Below, piece by piece: positions 1 to 8,579 of a stretch of 64,000 nucleotides of DNA (position 1 is its first letter; each line of letters starts with the position of its first letter). The notes below the pieces were generated by a model. That model searched no databases, had not been told where the DNA came from, and saw nothing but the letters and a program-made list of their open reading frames with translations. A program made the translations under genes and the position numbers. Location of the stretch: NCBI GenBank assembly GCA_050014075.1, contig JBEKEA010000002.1, forward strand, positions 26,860-90,859, read 5' to 3'. This DNA comes from Sedimentisphaerales bacterium. GTDB taxonomy: Bacteria > Planctomycetota > Phycisphaerae > Sedimentisphaerales > UBA12454.

Positions 1-157
1 GCGAACCTTCTCTGGCTTCGATGATTTTTTTATAAATATCTATCTTGTCCCAGTTTTTCCGCTGCTGCGGCTCGCGCTGGGTAAGATTGGCCTTCATCGC
101 AAAGTTTGTCTGAGGCAGATTTAACGTCTTACTGTAGTTTTTCTTGTCTTCGCTCAT
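1..157 (-). CDS. ileS: isoleucyl-tRNA synthetase, N-terminal fragment (continues beyond window start)
   Basis: Reverse translation from the ATG (complement of 155-157) gives MSEDKKNYSKTLNLPQTNFAMKANLTQREPQQRKNWDKIDIYKKIIEAREGS. This fits the conserved IleS N-terminus (TLNLP.T.F.M...L..REP....W). It is absent from the ORF track because the window edge truncates it. Confidence 0.8.
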   Translation of the reverse strand, partial: MSEDKKNYSKTLNLPQTNFAMKANLTQREPQQRKNWDKIDIYKKIIEAREGS

Positions 158-184
158 TGTTTTAGGTTCCTGATAAAACAAAGA

Positions 185-213
185 ATAATAGTTTCTATTC
201 CATTACCTGTCAA
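185..213 (-). promoter_or_regulatory. putative sigma70-type promoter for ileS
   Basis: The minus strand reads TTGACA (208-213), a 17-nt spacer, then TATTAT (185-190), about 28 nt upstream of the ileS ATG. Confidence 0.45.
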
Positions 214-230
214 GTATTTATAACAAAAAA

Positions 231-257
231 GCCTTGCAGGATTTTGGCCCGCAAGGC
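231..257 (-). terminator. rho-independent terminator-like hairpin
   Basis: GCCTTGC (231-237) pairs with GCAAGGC (251-257). On the minus strand the hairpin is followed by TTTTTTGTT. It lies between the small ORF at 285-383 and the ileS promoter. Confidence 0.5.
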
Positions 258-284
258 TTTAATACTAATTATATATTTAAGCCT

Positions 285-383
285 TTAGGGCGTCACACCA
301 ATAATTATAGCGATAATAATAGCGATGCGGGAGATTGGGTTGTTTGAAAGGCCTAAAGCAGATTGTTTTGAAATATTAGTCAT
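285..383 (-). CDS. possible 32-aa small hydrophobic peptide
   Basis: Reverse translation gives MTNISKQSALGLSNNPISRIAIIIAIIIGVTP with a hydrophobic C-terminus, followed by the terminator hairpin. There is no homology support and it is too short for the ORF track. Confidence 0.2.
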   Translation of the reverse strand: MTNISKQSALGLSNNPISRIAIIIAIIIGVTP

Positions 384-434
384 TTGAGTATCCTTATACC
401 AGTTTTTCGGCAATAGTCAAGGAGTTCTTAACTT

Positions 435-471
435 AGTTATCGGTTATCTGTTATCAGTTATCTGTTATCAG
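435..471. repeat. heptad tandem element, GTTATCN unit x5
   Basis: Reads agttatc ggttatc tgttatc agttatc tgttatc, then AGCACGAGCGG. The same junction GGTTATCAGCACGA recurs at 34972-34985. Confidence 0.85.
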
Positions 472-540
472 CACGAGCGGCTTCGACGATGTGTTTTTTG
501 TTATTGAAGCCAATTGAAAGCGGGGGTATAATTTAGGAAT

Positions 541-570
541 AGTTATCAGGGAGCAGTTATCGGTTATCAG
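541..570. repeat. heptad tandem element, GTTATCN family
   Basis: Reads agttatc agggagc agttatc ggttatc, with 7-bp phasing. Confidence 0.75.
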
Positions 571-722
571 CGAAAAAAGAAATATGAGACAGAAGACATC
601 AATCATGCGAAGGTTCGCCGAGTAATACGTGATGGTGGTTTTGTAAATGGTTATTAGTAAATTAAGATGTTATGTGGATTAATCTAATTATTATTCGATG
701 AGAGAGAATGACGGGAGGATTT

Positions 723-1763
723 ATGAAATCGCTGCTGATTGCTCTGACCGCTTTGTTTCTTTTTTCCCCGGCCACTTCGTTCGCTGGCGATCCTAACTTC
801 AAGATTGCGCCCAAGTTCGAGGCCGCGTGGATATTTTCCAAGGGGATTGCAGCCGTCAAGATTGGTGAAAAATGGGGGTACATAGACCGAGCGGGAGCCC
901 TGTCCATTCAGCCTCGATTTGATGCTGTCCAACTCTTGTACGATCCTAATGAACTTTTTTCCGAGGATCTTGCGGCAGTTCAGGTGCAAAAGAAATGGGG
1001 ATATATAGACAAAAAAGGGAATATGGTAATCGAGCCACGCTTCGACGAAGCAGAGAGTTTTCACGATGGATTCGCTCTGGTTGCATTGAACGAGGAAGGC
1101 TGTTCAAAGTACGGCTTCATCGACAAATCTGGAAAGTATTTGGTCAAGCCTATCTACGACTTCGGTGGCAATTTTTCACACGGAATGGCTAATGTCGTTG
1201 CCGGCAACCAGCAAGGCTATGTTGATAAACAGGGCAAGACCCAGATGCTGGGCAGATTCTCAGAGGTCACTAAATTCTTCGAGGGGTTGGCTGCGGTTCG
1301 TCAGGAGGGGAAATGGGGATACGTTGATGTAACCGGGAAAATCATTATCAAGCCACAGTTTGAGGAGTTTATACCAGGGTGGTTCTCGGAAGGCCTTTGC
1401 AGTGTTAAGGCGAACAACAAAAGGGGATTCATTGATAGAAACGGAATCATCGTGATTGAGCCAAAATTCGACCTTGTGGGCGAATTCGCTGAGGGGTTTG
1501 CCGTTGTAGGCATCGCCGGTTCCCATGGATACATTGACCGGACAGGCAAGATGGTTATTCAACTAAAATATGCAGACGCTTCCAATTTCTCGGAAGGCTT
1601 AGCGAAGGTATGCGTCACCCCTCTGGGACCATGGGGCTACATTAACACAAAAGGAGATCTGATAATCGCACCGCAGTTTGAAAAGGCAACCGATTTTTCT
1701 GAAGGTTTTGCTGCTGTGAGAGTCGGGAAGAAATGGGGGTATATATCGAAACCAACAAATTGA
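723..1763 (+). CDS. secreted WG-repeat (KWG-type) protein
   Basis: ORF 708-1763. The ATG at 723 is preferred because GGGAGGA lies 4 nt upstream. It has an N-terminal signal peptide (MKSLLIALTALFLFSPATSFA) and about 9 repeats of the (K)WGYIDxxGxxxIxPxFD pattern. Confidence 0.85.
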   Translation: MKSLLIALTALFLFSPATSFAGDPNFKIAPKFEAAWIFSKGIAAVKIGEKWGYIDRAGALSIQPRFDAVQLLYDPNELFSEDLAAVQVQKKWGYIDKKGNMVIEPRFDEAESFHDGFALVALNEEGCSKYGFIDKSGKYLVKPIYDFGGNFSHGMANVVAGNQQGYVDKQGKTQMLGRFSEVTKFFEGLAAVRQEGKWGYVDVTGKIIIKPQFEEFIPGWFSEGLCSVKANNKRGFIDRNGIIVIEPKFDLVGEFAEGFAVVGIAGSHGYIDRTGKMVIQLKYADASNFSEGLAKVCVTPLGPWGYINTKGDLIIAPQFEKATDFSEGFAAVRVGKKWGYISKPTN

Positions 1764-1844
1764 TACCTGAGTGTGTTGGCGGCGGTAAATGAAATTGCCG
1801 CGGTGTTCATCAAAGGTGCGAAAAGTGGAATGGTGAAACAAATT

Positions 1845-1912
1845 TAAGATTTGAAATTTGGAATTTCAGAGACGAACGACGAACCCCGTCATACGGTGAT
1901 GACGGGGCTAAC
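1845..1912. repeat. heptad run followed by ACGACGAAC-hairpin-GCTAAC module
   Basis: Reads aagattt gaaattt ggaattt cagagac gaacgac. Then a 9-bp stem CCCCGTCAT (1884-1892) pairs with ATGACGGGG (1899-1907), with a 3' flank CTAACC. A parallel module sits at 37737-37846. Confidence 0.75.
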
Positions 1913-1934
1913 CATTTAACGAAAACATAATACG

Positions 1935-2318
1935 CTACTGCGGTTCATCGCCCAATGGGATTTCGTCAATCCTGCATTCAGGGCATTTAGCAATCCTGAA
2001 AATGCCCCTCTGTCTTACAACGAGGCGTATGGGCTTGCCGTTCAAGTCAAAACAGCGCGCACAATACGGCGATGTGTCGAGTGTGCCATCAGCATTTCTT
2101 GCCCAATACACATTATTGCTAAAGAACAACCTGCCCGTTTCGACCGCATCGTATTTGGCAAGACGCTGCTCTGCCTCTTGCAGCCTTTGTTGCGTTTCCA
2201 AAAGCTTTTGTTGGAGTTCGAGGTCTTTGTTTATACTAGCTACTTTGGCAAGATTGGCGGGGAGTGTGATAAGTTGTTTGAGCCACGTCCAGAATGCATT
2301 AAACCAACCCAAAGCCAT
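1935..2318 (-). CDS. hypothetical protein: amphipathic N-terminus, coiled coil, C-terminal zinc ribbon
   Basis: ORF 1935-2339. The internal ATG at 2318 has GGAG 8 nt upstream. The middle segment is Q/E/L-rich (LELQQKLLETQQRLQEAEQRLAKY). The C-terminus has CARC...CPEC (CxxC x2). Confidence 0.5.
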   Translation of the reverse strand: MALGWFNAFWTWLKQLITLPANLAKVASINKDLELQQKLLETQQRLQEAEQRLAKYDAVETGRLFFSNNVYWARNADGTLDTSPYCARCFDLNGKPIRLVVRQRGIFRIAKCPECRIDEIPLGDEPQ

Positions 2319-2402
2319 AATTTGGTCTCCAAAACACACAGACTTATACGGAGAATATATAGGAAGTTTAGCTGTTTTGCAAGTAAAATCAAAAGTGAGA
2401 AG

Positions 2403-3017
2403 TTATCTTATCTTAAACTCATTTAGGTCTGTCTCTAACAGAAAACTTCTAAACGGTTCGTATTTAAAAGATTCGAAATTCAGCGGCGCGTATTCTTCAT
2501 CGCCGGACTGCAAAACAAATTTATCGTGCGCGTAAGCCGCTAAAATCCTGTGCTCGGGACAATCAGGGACATAGAAACAATATCGTTTGCCATTGCTATC
2601 GTTAAATTGTGCTTTGCAATAAGTATTGCCGCTTTGCTTTGTGCAAATGCAAACGCCTGCAAAACCACTATTATTTCTGGCTTTTACATTCAGGGCGTTT
2701 TGCCGGTATGTGGCAATTCTCAAGTTCTCTCTTCGATTATCGAATGTGTCGCCGTTAATGTGGTCAACAACCATTCCAGCCGGCGGATTGGTAATGAAAC
2801 GCGCAAGCGATACGAGCCTTGGAGGACTGGAGCCGAGAAGAATGGCAGGATAACTATTTCCATTTCCGGAAAAACGCAAGCCGATTATACCTTCGGCATA
2901 TTTGCTGCGTTGAGTAGGGCGAACATTGAAAATCTGATAATAAATATCAGGGTCAACTTTGACAGGCCGGCCTGCAATCGTGAAAGTCAGAAAATCGGTT
3001 GCGCTTTGTGTGGACAT
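2403..3017 (-). CDS. HNH endonuclease with AP2-like DNA-binding domain (homing or phage-type)
   Basis: Contains VVDHINGDTFDNRRENLRIATYRQN (HNH_3-type H-N-N core), followed by SGFAGVCICTKQSGNTYCKAQFNDSNGKRYCFYV, which resembles AP2/ERF-type strands. Confidence 0.7.
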   Translation of the reverse strand: MSTQSATDFLTFTIAGRPVKVDPDIYYQIFNVRPTQRSKYAEGIIGLRFSGNGNSYPAILLGSSPPRLVSLARFITNPPAGMVVDHINGDTFDNRRENLRIATYRQNALNVKARNNSGFAGVCICTKQSGNTYCKAQFNDSNGKRYCFYVPDCPEHRILAAYAHDKFVLQSGDEEYAPLNFESFKYEPFRSFLLETDLNEFKIR

Positions 3018-3242
3018 AGAAAAATAAGTGAAAAGTTAAAAGTTAAGGATATAGAAAAGGGAGATTTGATTAGTTTTAGAATTTACGGTTTGTCATTTAC
3101 AGTATCTTGGGAACTGTAAGCTGTTTAAAATAAGCATATTATGTGAATAAATGCCTTAAAATTCACTAATTATCAAACAACAAGGGTATTTTACTATATT
3201 TCTAACTAAAAATCAACTGAAAAATGAGATGAAAGGGATATA

Positions 3243-5093
3243 ATGGTGTTGTTGAAAAAACAATCAGATAAATATTGGTTTATTTTCATCTGTGCGGTAA
3301 TGACGATTGTTACGCTGGCGGTTTATTGGCAGATGCGCCAATATGATTTTATCAGCCTTGACGATTTCGGTTATGTAAGGGACAATCCGAATGTTCGCTA
3401 CGGATTCAGCTGGGCAAACGTCGGATGGGCGTTTAGCAGCGGTTACGCCAGTAACTGGCATCCATTGACATGGCTTAGTCATATGCTGGACTGCGAGCTT
3501 TACGGAACTAACGCCGGTATGCATCATCTGACTAATTTATTCCTGCATATCGCAAATGTTCTTTTGCTTTTTGCCGTTCTTAGGGCAATGACTGGTGCGC
3601 TTTGGCCAAGTGCCTTCGTTGCCGCGCTCTTCGCATTGCATCCGCTGCACGTCGAGTCGGTAGCGTGGATATCGGAACGCAAGGATGTTCTGAGCACTTT
3701 TTTCGCTCTGCTGACAATGGCGGCATATCTGCGATATGTCAAAAAACCGAGTATCGCACGATACCTGCCGGCGTTGCTGCTTTTTGCGTTAGGACTTATG
3801 GCAAAGCCTATGCTGGTAACTTTGCCGTTTGTGCTGCTTCTGCTGGATTATTGGCCTCTGGAGCGGTTTAAGCCGGCAAATATGAAAACGGCGAAGCGCC
3901 TTGTTTTTGAAAAAGGACCTTTTTTTATATTGTCGGCAGCATCGAGTATTATTACTATTTTTGTTCAAAAAATAATCACGGTCAACCAGCTTCCTTTAAA
4001 TCTTCGCATCGCCAATACATTCATATCTTATGTCAAGTATATCGAAAAGATGATTTGGCCGGTCAACCTGGCGATATTTTATCCGCATTCCGATATGAAA
4101 TTATCAATGCCGCAGGCTTTTGCTTGTGCTTTACTGCTGCTGGGAATATCTGCCGGAGTGATTTGCCTTGCCCGGAAACGAAAATACCTTTTGTTCGGCT
4201 GGCTGTGGTATCTTGGAACTCTGGTTCCGGTAATTGGTCTGGTCCAGGTGGGAGGTCTGGCTATGGCCGACCGTTATACATATATGCCGCTTACAGGGCT
4301 GTTTATCATTATTGCATGGGGAGCTAACGACCTGCTGACAGGATGGAAGTATAAAAAAATTATACATGGCATATCAGCGACTATGATTCTTTTGGCATTG
4401 GCTGTCTGGACATTTTTTCAGGCAGGATACTGGCGCAACAGCTTAACCCTTTTTGAACATGCTATCGCGGTTACTGAGGATAATTATTTGGCGCATAAAT
4501 GTTTGGCCGATGCCCTGCACGGCCAGGATAAAAATGAGGAGGCAATCGAACATTACCGCAAGGCGATTGAAATCGGCGAAAACTATGCATCTGCGTATGT
4601 CGGCCTGGGTTCAGTCCTGATTGATACTGGGAAAACCGACCAGGCAGAGGAGTATCTTGCAAAAGCGATACAACTCGACCCGGAGTCGGGCAAGGCGTAT
4701 GGCGAGCTGGGACGGGCTATGGCGAAAAAAGGTAAAATGAGTGAGGCGGCTGCTCTTTTCGAAAAGGCCGCTAGGCTTGAGCCTTACTGGATTGACCCGA
4801 TTAATGCTCTTGCGTGGAATCTTGCGACTTATAATGATGCAAAAATCCGCAATCCCGTCAGGGCGGTCCAGTTGGCAAAACGTGCATGCGAACTTACAAA
4901 TTATGAAAACCCCGCTATAATGGATACGATGGCGGCGGCTTATGCAGCGGCGGGCGACTTCAGCAAAGCGATAGAAACTTGTGAAAAAGCTCTGGCATTA
5001 TGCAAATCCGCTCAGCAGAGCGAGCTTAAAAGGGAAATTGAAAATCGGCTGATTTTGTATAAAGCCGGCAAACCTTATATCGAGGCACAGTGA
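3243..5093 (+). CDS. TMTC/DUF1736-type GT-C glycosyltransferase (putative protein O-mannosyltransferase) with C-terminal TPR repeats, paralog 1
   Basis: 616 aa and multi-TM. First-loop DD motif (FISLDDFGYV), the motif HPLHVESVAWISERKDVLSTFF shared by all four paralogs, and a TPR-rich C-terminus. Confidence 0.8.
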   Translation: MVLLKKQSDKYWFIFICAVMTIVTLAVYWQMRQYDFISLDDFGYVRDNPNVRYGFSWANVGWAFSSGYASNWHPLTWLSHMLDCELYGTNAGMHHLTNLFLHIANVLLLFAVLRAMTGALWPSAFVAALFALHPLHVESVAWISERKDVLSTFFALLTMAAYLRYVKKPSIARYLPALLLFALGLMAKPMLVTLPFVLLLLDYWPLERFKPANMKTAKRLVFEKGPFFILSAASSIITIFVQKIITVNQLPLNLRIANTFISYVKYIEKMIWPVNLAIFYPHSDMKLSMPQAFACALLLLGISAGVICLARKRKYLLFGWLWYLGTLVPVIGLVQVGGLAMADRYTYMPLTGLFIIIAWGANDLLTGWKYKKIIHGISATMILLALAVWTFFQAGYWRNSLTLFEHAIAVTEDNYLAHKCLADALHGQDKNEEAIEHYRKAIEIGENYASAYVGLGSVLIDTGKTDQAEEYLAKAIQLDPESGKAYGELGRAMAKKGKMSEAAALFEKAARLEPYWIDPINALAWNLATYNDAKIRNPVRAVQLAKRACELTNYENPAIMDTMAAAYAAAGDFSKAIETCEKALALCKSAQQSELKREIENRLILYKAGKPYIEAQ

Positions 5094-5112
5094 AAGGTAT
5101 TTTGTAAAACAG

Positions 5113-6768
5113 ATGTATAAAACTACAAACAAATATCATATTCACCTGATTTATATATTGCTGACCATAGTTACTTTTATCGCTTTTGAACCGATAATGA
5201 GCAATGGATTCATAAGCTTCGATGATGATGCGTATATTTATCACAACAGCAATATTACTACCGGCCTGACGGGTAAAAATATCGGTTGGGCATTTACGAA
5301 TATTCATGCCAACAATTACCATCCGTTAACTTCGCTGTCGCATATGCTTGATTGTCAGTTTTTCAAGCTGGACGCCGGCGCTCATCATTCAATCAATTTG
5401 CTTTTACATATAGCCAATACGTTATTATTGTTTACGGTTTTGAGCAGAATGACAAAAAGAGCCTGGGCGAGCGCATTTGTCGCGGCACTTTTTGCGCTGC
5501 ATCCGCTTCACGTGGAATCTGTTGCCTGGGCGTCGGAGCGAAAAGACGTGCTCAGCACATTTTTCCTGATGCTCACTCTTCTGGCTTATGCAGGTTATGT
5601 AAAACGGCCGGGGGCAGGACGGTATTTATTAACGCTGGTTTTGTTCGTATTGGGTCTTTTGAGCAAGCAAATGCTTGTAACGGTGCCGTTTATTCTGCTG
5701 TTATTGGATTACTGGCCGCTTGAACGATTCAAGAAAACTAAACTCAGCAGTCTGATACTTGAGAAAATTCCATTTTTGGTTTTATCGGCGGCTTTGGGTA
5801 TTGTTACCGTTATCATTCAGCACAAAATGGGGCTGCTGAAGACCTTTTCAAACTATCCGTTTCAATGGCGAATCGAAAATGCCATTGTGTCATATATTAT
5901 ATATATCGAAAAAATGTTTTGGCCTGTCAACCTGGCAATATTTTATCCGCATCCGAAGGGCGACATCACTTTTTGGCAAGTTGCGGGGTCGCTGCTTATC
6001 CTTTTATTTATAACATTTCTGGCTATATGGAAAATACGCCGATGGCCTTATGTCGCTGTCGGCTGGTTATGGTTTTTGGTGACCCTCGTGCCGGTTATAG
6101 GAATAGTGCAAGTGGGCCTGCAGGGCTGGGCAGATAGATATACTTATGTTCCTTATATCGGGCTTTTTATTATTGCCTGGGTTGCCTGCGACCTGCCGGC
6201 TGGGGTTCAATATCAAAAAACGATTTTTTCGTTATCTGCCTGCATTATTCTTTTATCGCTGGGCGCTAAGACCTTTATTCAGACTCTGTATTGGCAAAAT
6301 AACATTATGTTATATTCTCATGCCGCGGAAGTTGTTGAAAATAACTGGTGGGCGTATAATTTTATGGGAAAAGCGTTAGCTTCTCAGGATGAATTTAATG
6401 AAGCGATTGTGCTGTTCGAAAAGTCTTTGGCAATCTACCCGCAAAATATCACAGTAAATTATGAAATGGGCAAAGCATTTTTGGGGGCGGGCGACGCGAA
6501 CGATGCTGTAAAATTGTATCAGCAGATGCTTGGTCCGCTGCCGGATAATCCAAATGAGCCGGTCAAAGTTGATGATAATCCTGTTCTTAAAGATTTGTAT
6601 GTAAACGCGAATATTAATCTTGCAATCGGATTATCGCGGCAGGGAAATCTTAAAGAATCGGCCAGGCGTTTCGAGGAAGCTTTGCGGGTTGCGCCTGACG
6701 CAGAGGCGGCACGCAAGGGGCTTGAAGATTTAAAGAAGCAGGCTAAGGATAATTCTTTATTGCCTTGA
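5113..6768 (+). CDS. TMTC/DUF1736-type GT-C glycosyltransferase with TPR repeats, paralog 2
   Basis: 551 aa with the same architecture (FISFDDDAYI; HPLHVESVAWASERKDVLSTFF). Its TGA stop (6766-6768) lies inside the TTGACA -35 box of the duplicated polA promoter. Confidence 0.8.
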   Translation: MYKTTNKYHIHLIYILLTIVTFIAFEPIMSNGFISFDDDAYIYHNSNITTGLTGKNIGWAFTNIHANNYHPLTSLSHMLDCQFFKLDAGAHHSINLLLHIANTLLLFTVLSRMTKRAWASAFVAALFALHPLHVESVAWASERKDVLSTFFLMLTLLAYAGYVKRPGAGRYLLTLVLFVLGLLSKQMLVTVPFILLLLDYWPLERFKKTKLSSLILEKIPFLVLSAALGIVTVIIQHKMGLLKTFSNYPFQWRIENAIVSYIIYIEKMFWPVNLAIFYPHPKGDITFWQVAGSLLILLFITFLAIWKIRRWPYVAVGWLWFLVTLVPVIGIVQVGLQGWADRYTYVPYIGLFIIAWVACDLPAGVQYQKTIFSLSACIILLSLGAKTFIQTLYWQNNIMLYSHAAEVVENNWWAYNFMGKALASQDEFNEAIVLFEKSLAIYPQNITVNYEMGKAFLGAGDANDAVKLYQQMLGPLPDNPNEPVKVDDNPVLKDLYVNANINLAIGLSRQGNLKESARRFEEALRVAPDAEAARKGLEDLKKQAKDNSLLP

Positions 6769-6793
6769 CATTACGCCATGCAATAAATAAATT
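6765..6793 (+). promoter_or_regulatory. duplicated polA-type promoter driving paralog 3
   Basis: TTGACA (6765-6770), 17 nt, TAAATT (6788-6793), then 7 nt to the ATG at 6801. It is near-identical in layout and sequence to the polA promoter at 10180-10208. Confidence 0.55.
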
Positions 6794-6800
6794 ATCAGCT

Positions 6801-8411
6801 ATGGCAAAAAATTTCTACAGAATTGACGGCCGCACACGTATCATTTTAATTTGTCTTGTCCTAACGTCAATGGTGTTAGCAGTTTTTGCCCAGGTACGCA
6901 GTCACGAATTTATTAATTACGACGACCCAGCCTACGTTACCGGAAATAATGCTGTCCTGAATGGTTTGTCCGCTGACAGTATCCTCTGGGCCTTTACGAC
7001 AGGTTGCTTCGGCAATTGGAATCCGCTGACGTGGATTTCATATATGCTGGACCGGCAGTTCTTCGGCTCAGGTCCCGCAGGATTTCACCTCACTAATCTT
7101 ATTCTCCATATCGCCAATGCCTTGATTCTATTTATTGTCTTAAAACAAATGACAAATGCGGTTTGGCAAAGCGCCTTCGTAGCGGCCCTGTTTGCGATTC
7201 ATCCTCTTCACGTCGAATCCGTCGCCTGGATTTCAGGCCGCAAGGATGTTCTGAGTACCTTTTTCGCTCTGCTGACAATGGCCGCATATCTGCGATATGT
7301 CAAAAAACCGGGTATCGCACGATACCTGCCGGCGCTGCTGCTTTTTGCGTTAGGCCTTATGGCAAAGCCAATGATTGTTACTTTGCCTTTTGCTTTTCTT
7401 CTGCTGGACTATTGGCCGCTGAATCGTATCAGAAATTTTAGCGGACAAAATATTTATCGTTTGATTTTGGAAAAAGTTCCCTTCCTTGTTTTATCCGTCG
7501 CTGCAGGTGTCGTCACCTATTATACACAAAAAAATATTGGAGCACTGCCGTCTTTTGCTGGGATGCCTCTGAAGTATCGTATTTTAAATGCCTTAATATC
7601 TTATGCAAAATATATTGGAAAAATGTTTATTCCGACCGGTCTCGCTCCGTTTTATCCTCACCCCCGTGAAGACGTATCGATTTTATACGCTCTGATTTCC
7701 GCCATTATCTTATTGGCTATAACTATTGTTGTTCTTTATTTCGTCAAAAATCGTCGGTATCTCCTTACGGGCTGGTTCTGGTATCTCGGAACGCTGATTC
7801 CGGTTCTCGGTATCATTCAGATTGGTTCGCATGCTATGGCCGATAGATATACTTATGTTCCACTGATTGGTTTATTTATAATGGTATCATTTGGCGGTGC
7901 TGAATTATTCGGCAAACTGCGATACGGCATCCGGATTTCCGCCGTCTCGGCTGCCGTTATAATTTTTGCACTGATGATTTGCACTTACAGGCAGGTGGGC
8001 TTTTGGCGCAACAGCATTACACTTTTTGAACACACCGCACAAGTTACTCAAAATAATTATTTGGCATACAGCAACCTTTCAAATGCGCTTGGTCAAAAAG
8101 GAGATTATGATGCCGCTATAAAAAACGGACTTGAGTCGCTGCGTATTCGGCCGAATTACGACACGCCGTGCTATAATCTTGGAATGGCTTATTATAGTAA
8201 AGGTGACACGGAAAAGGCAATTTACTACTGGACAGAGGCTCTAAAAATCAATCCGAAGTTTCCTGAGGCCAATTACGCTCTTGCGACAGCATTACTTAAT
8301 AAGAATGAGGTCGCACAGGCGATAAAATATCTTCAGGAGGAATTAAAAATAAATCCGAACCACACCGGCGCTAAAAAACTTCTCTCTAAACTAATATCCG
8401 CTACTCGGTAG
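6801..8411 (+). CDS. TMTC/DUF1736-type GT-C glycosyltransferase with TPR repeats, paralog 3 (N-terminus derived from polA 5' end)
   Basis: The ORF track begins at a TTG at 6765. The ATG at 6801 is preferred because 6757-6845 aligns with the polA promoter and first codons (MAKNFYRIDG vs MAKTLYIIDG). Family motif present: HPLHVESVAWISGRKDVLSTFF. Confidence 0.8.
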   Translation: MAKNFYRIDGRTRIILICLVLTSMVLAVFAQVRSHEFINYDDPAYVTGNNAVLNGLSADSILWAFTTGCFGNWNPLTWISYMLDRQFFGSGPAGFHLTNLILHIANALILFIVLKQMTNAVWQSAFVAALFAIHPLHVESVAWISGRKDVLSTFFALLTMAAYLRYVKKPGIARYLPALLLFALGLMAKPMIVTLPFAFLLLDYWPLNRIRNFSGQNIYRLILEKVPFLVLSVAAGVVTYYTQKNIGALPSFAGMPLKYRILNALISYAKYIGKMFIPTGLAPFYPHPREDVSILYALISAIILLAITIVVLYFVKNRRYLLTGWFWYLGTLIPVLGIIQIGSHAMADRYTYVPLIGLFIMVSFGGAELFGKLRYGIRISAVSAAVIIFALMICTYRQVGFWRNSITLFEHTAQVTQNNYLAYSNLSNALGQKGDYDAAIKNGLESLRIRPNYDTPCYNLGMAYYSKGDTEKAIYYWTEALKINPKFPEANYALATALLNKNEVAQAIKYLQEELKINPNHTGAKKLLSKLISATR

Positions 8412-8462
8412 AGATATATCTTCTTGACAGGAACGTTCTGCGGGGACTACTATATTGTAATT

Positions 8463-8576
8463 ATGGCAAAAACTTTATACATAATTGATGGTCACGCGCA
8501 CATTTACGCGGCATATTATGCGCCAATGAGTCAAAAACTTTCCAGCCCAATCGGCGAACCAAAAATTATCCCTTAA
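8463..8576 (+). pseudogene. orphan 5' remnant of polA (37 codons)
   Basis: Translates as MAKTLYIIDGHAHIYAAYYAPMSQKLSSPIGEPKIIP*. The first 29 residues are identical to PolA (10217...), and the DNA is about 90 percent identical by eye over about 90 nt. Its TAA stop ends 3 nt before the paralog-4 ATG. Confidence 0.85.
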
Positions 8577-8579
8577 ATA

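Noticed and set aside
2002-3119. Plus-strand ORFs (177, 82, 189, 75 aa) opposite the zinc-ribbon and HNH genes
   Set aside because: They are antisense to ORFs with recognisable motifs (HNH core, CxxC ribbon), and their sequence is Cys/Ser/Leu-rich and low-complexity without motifs.
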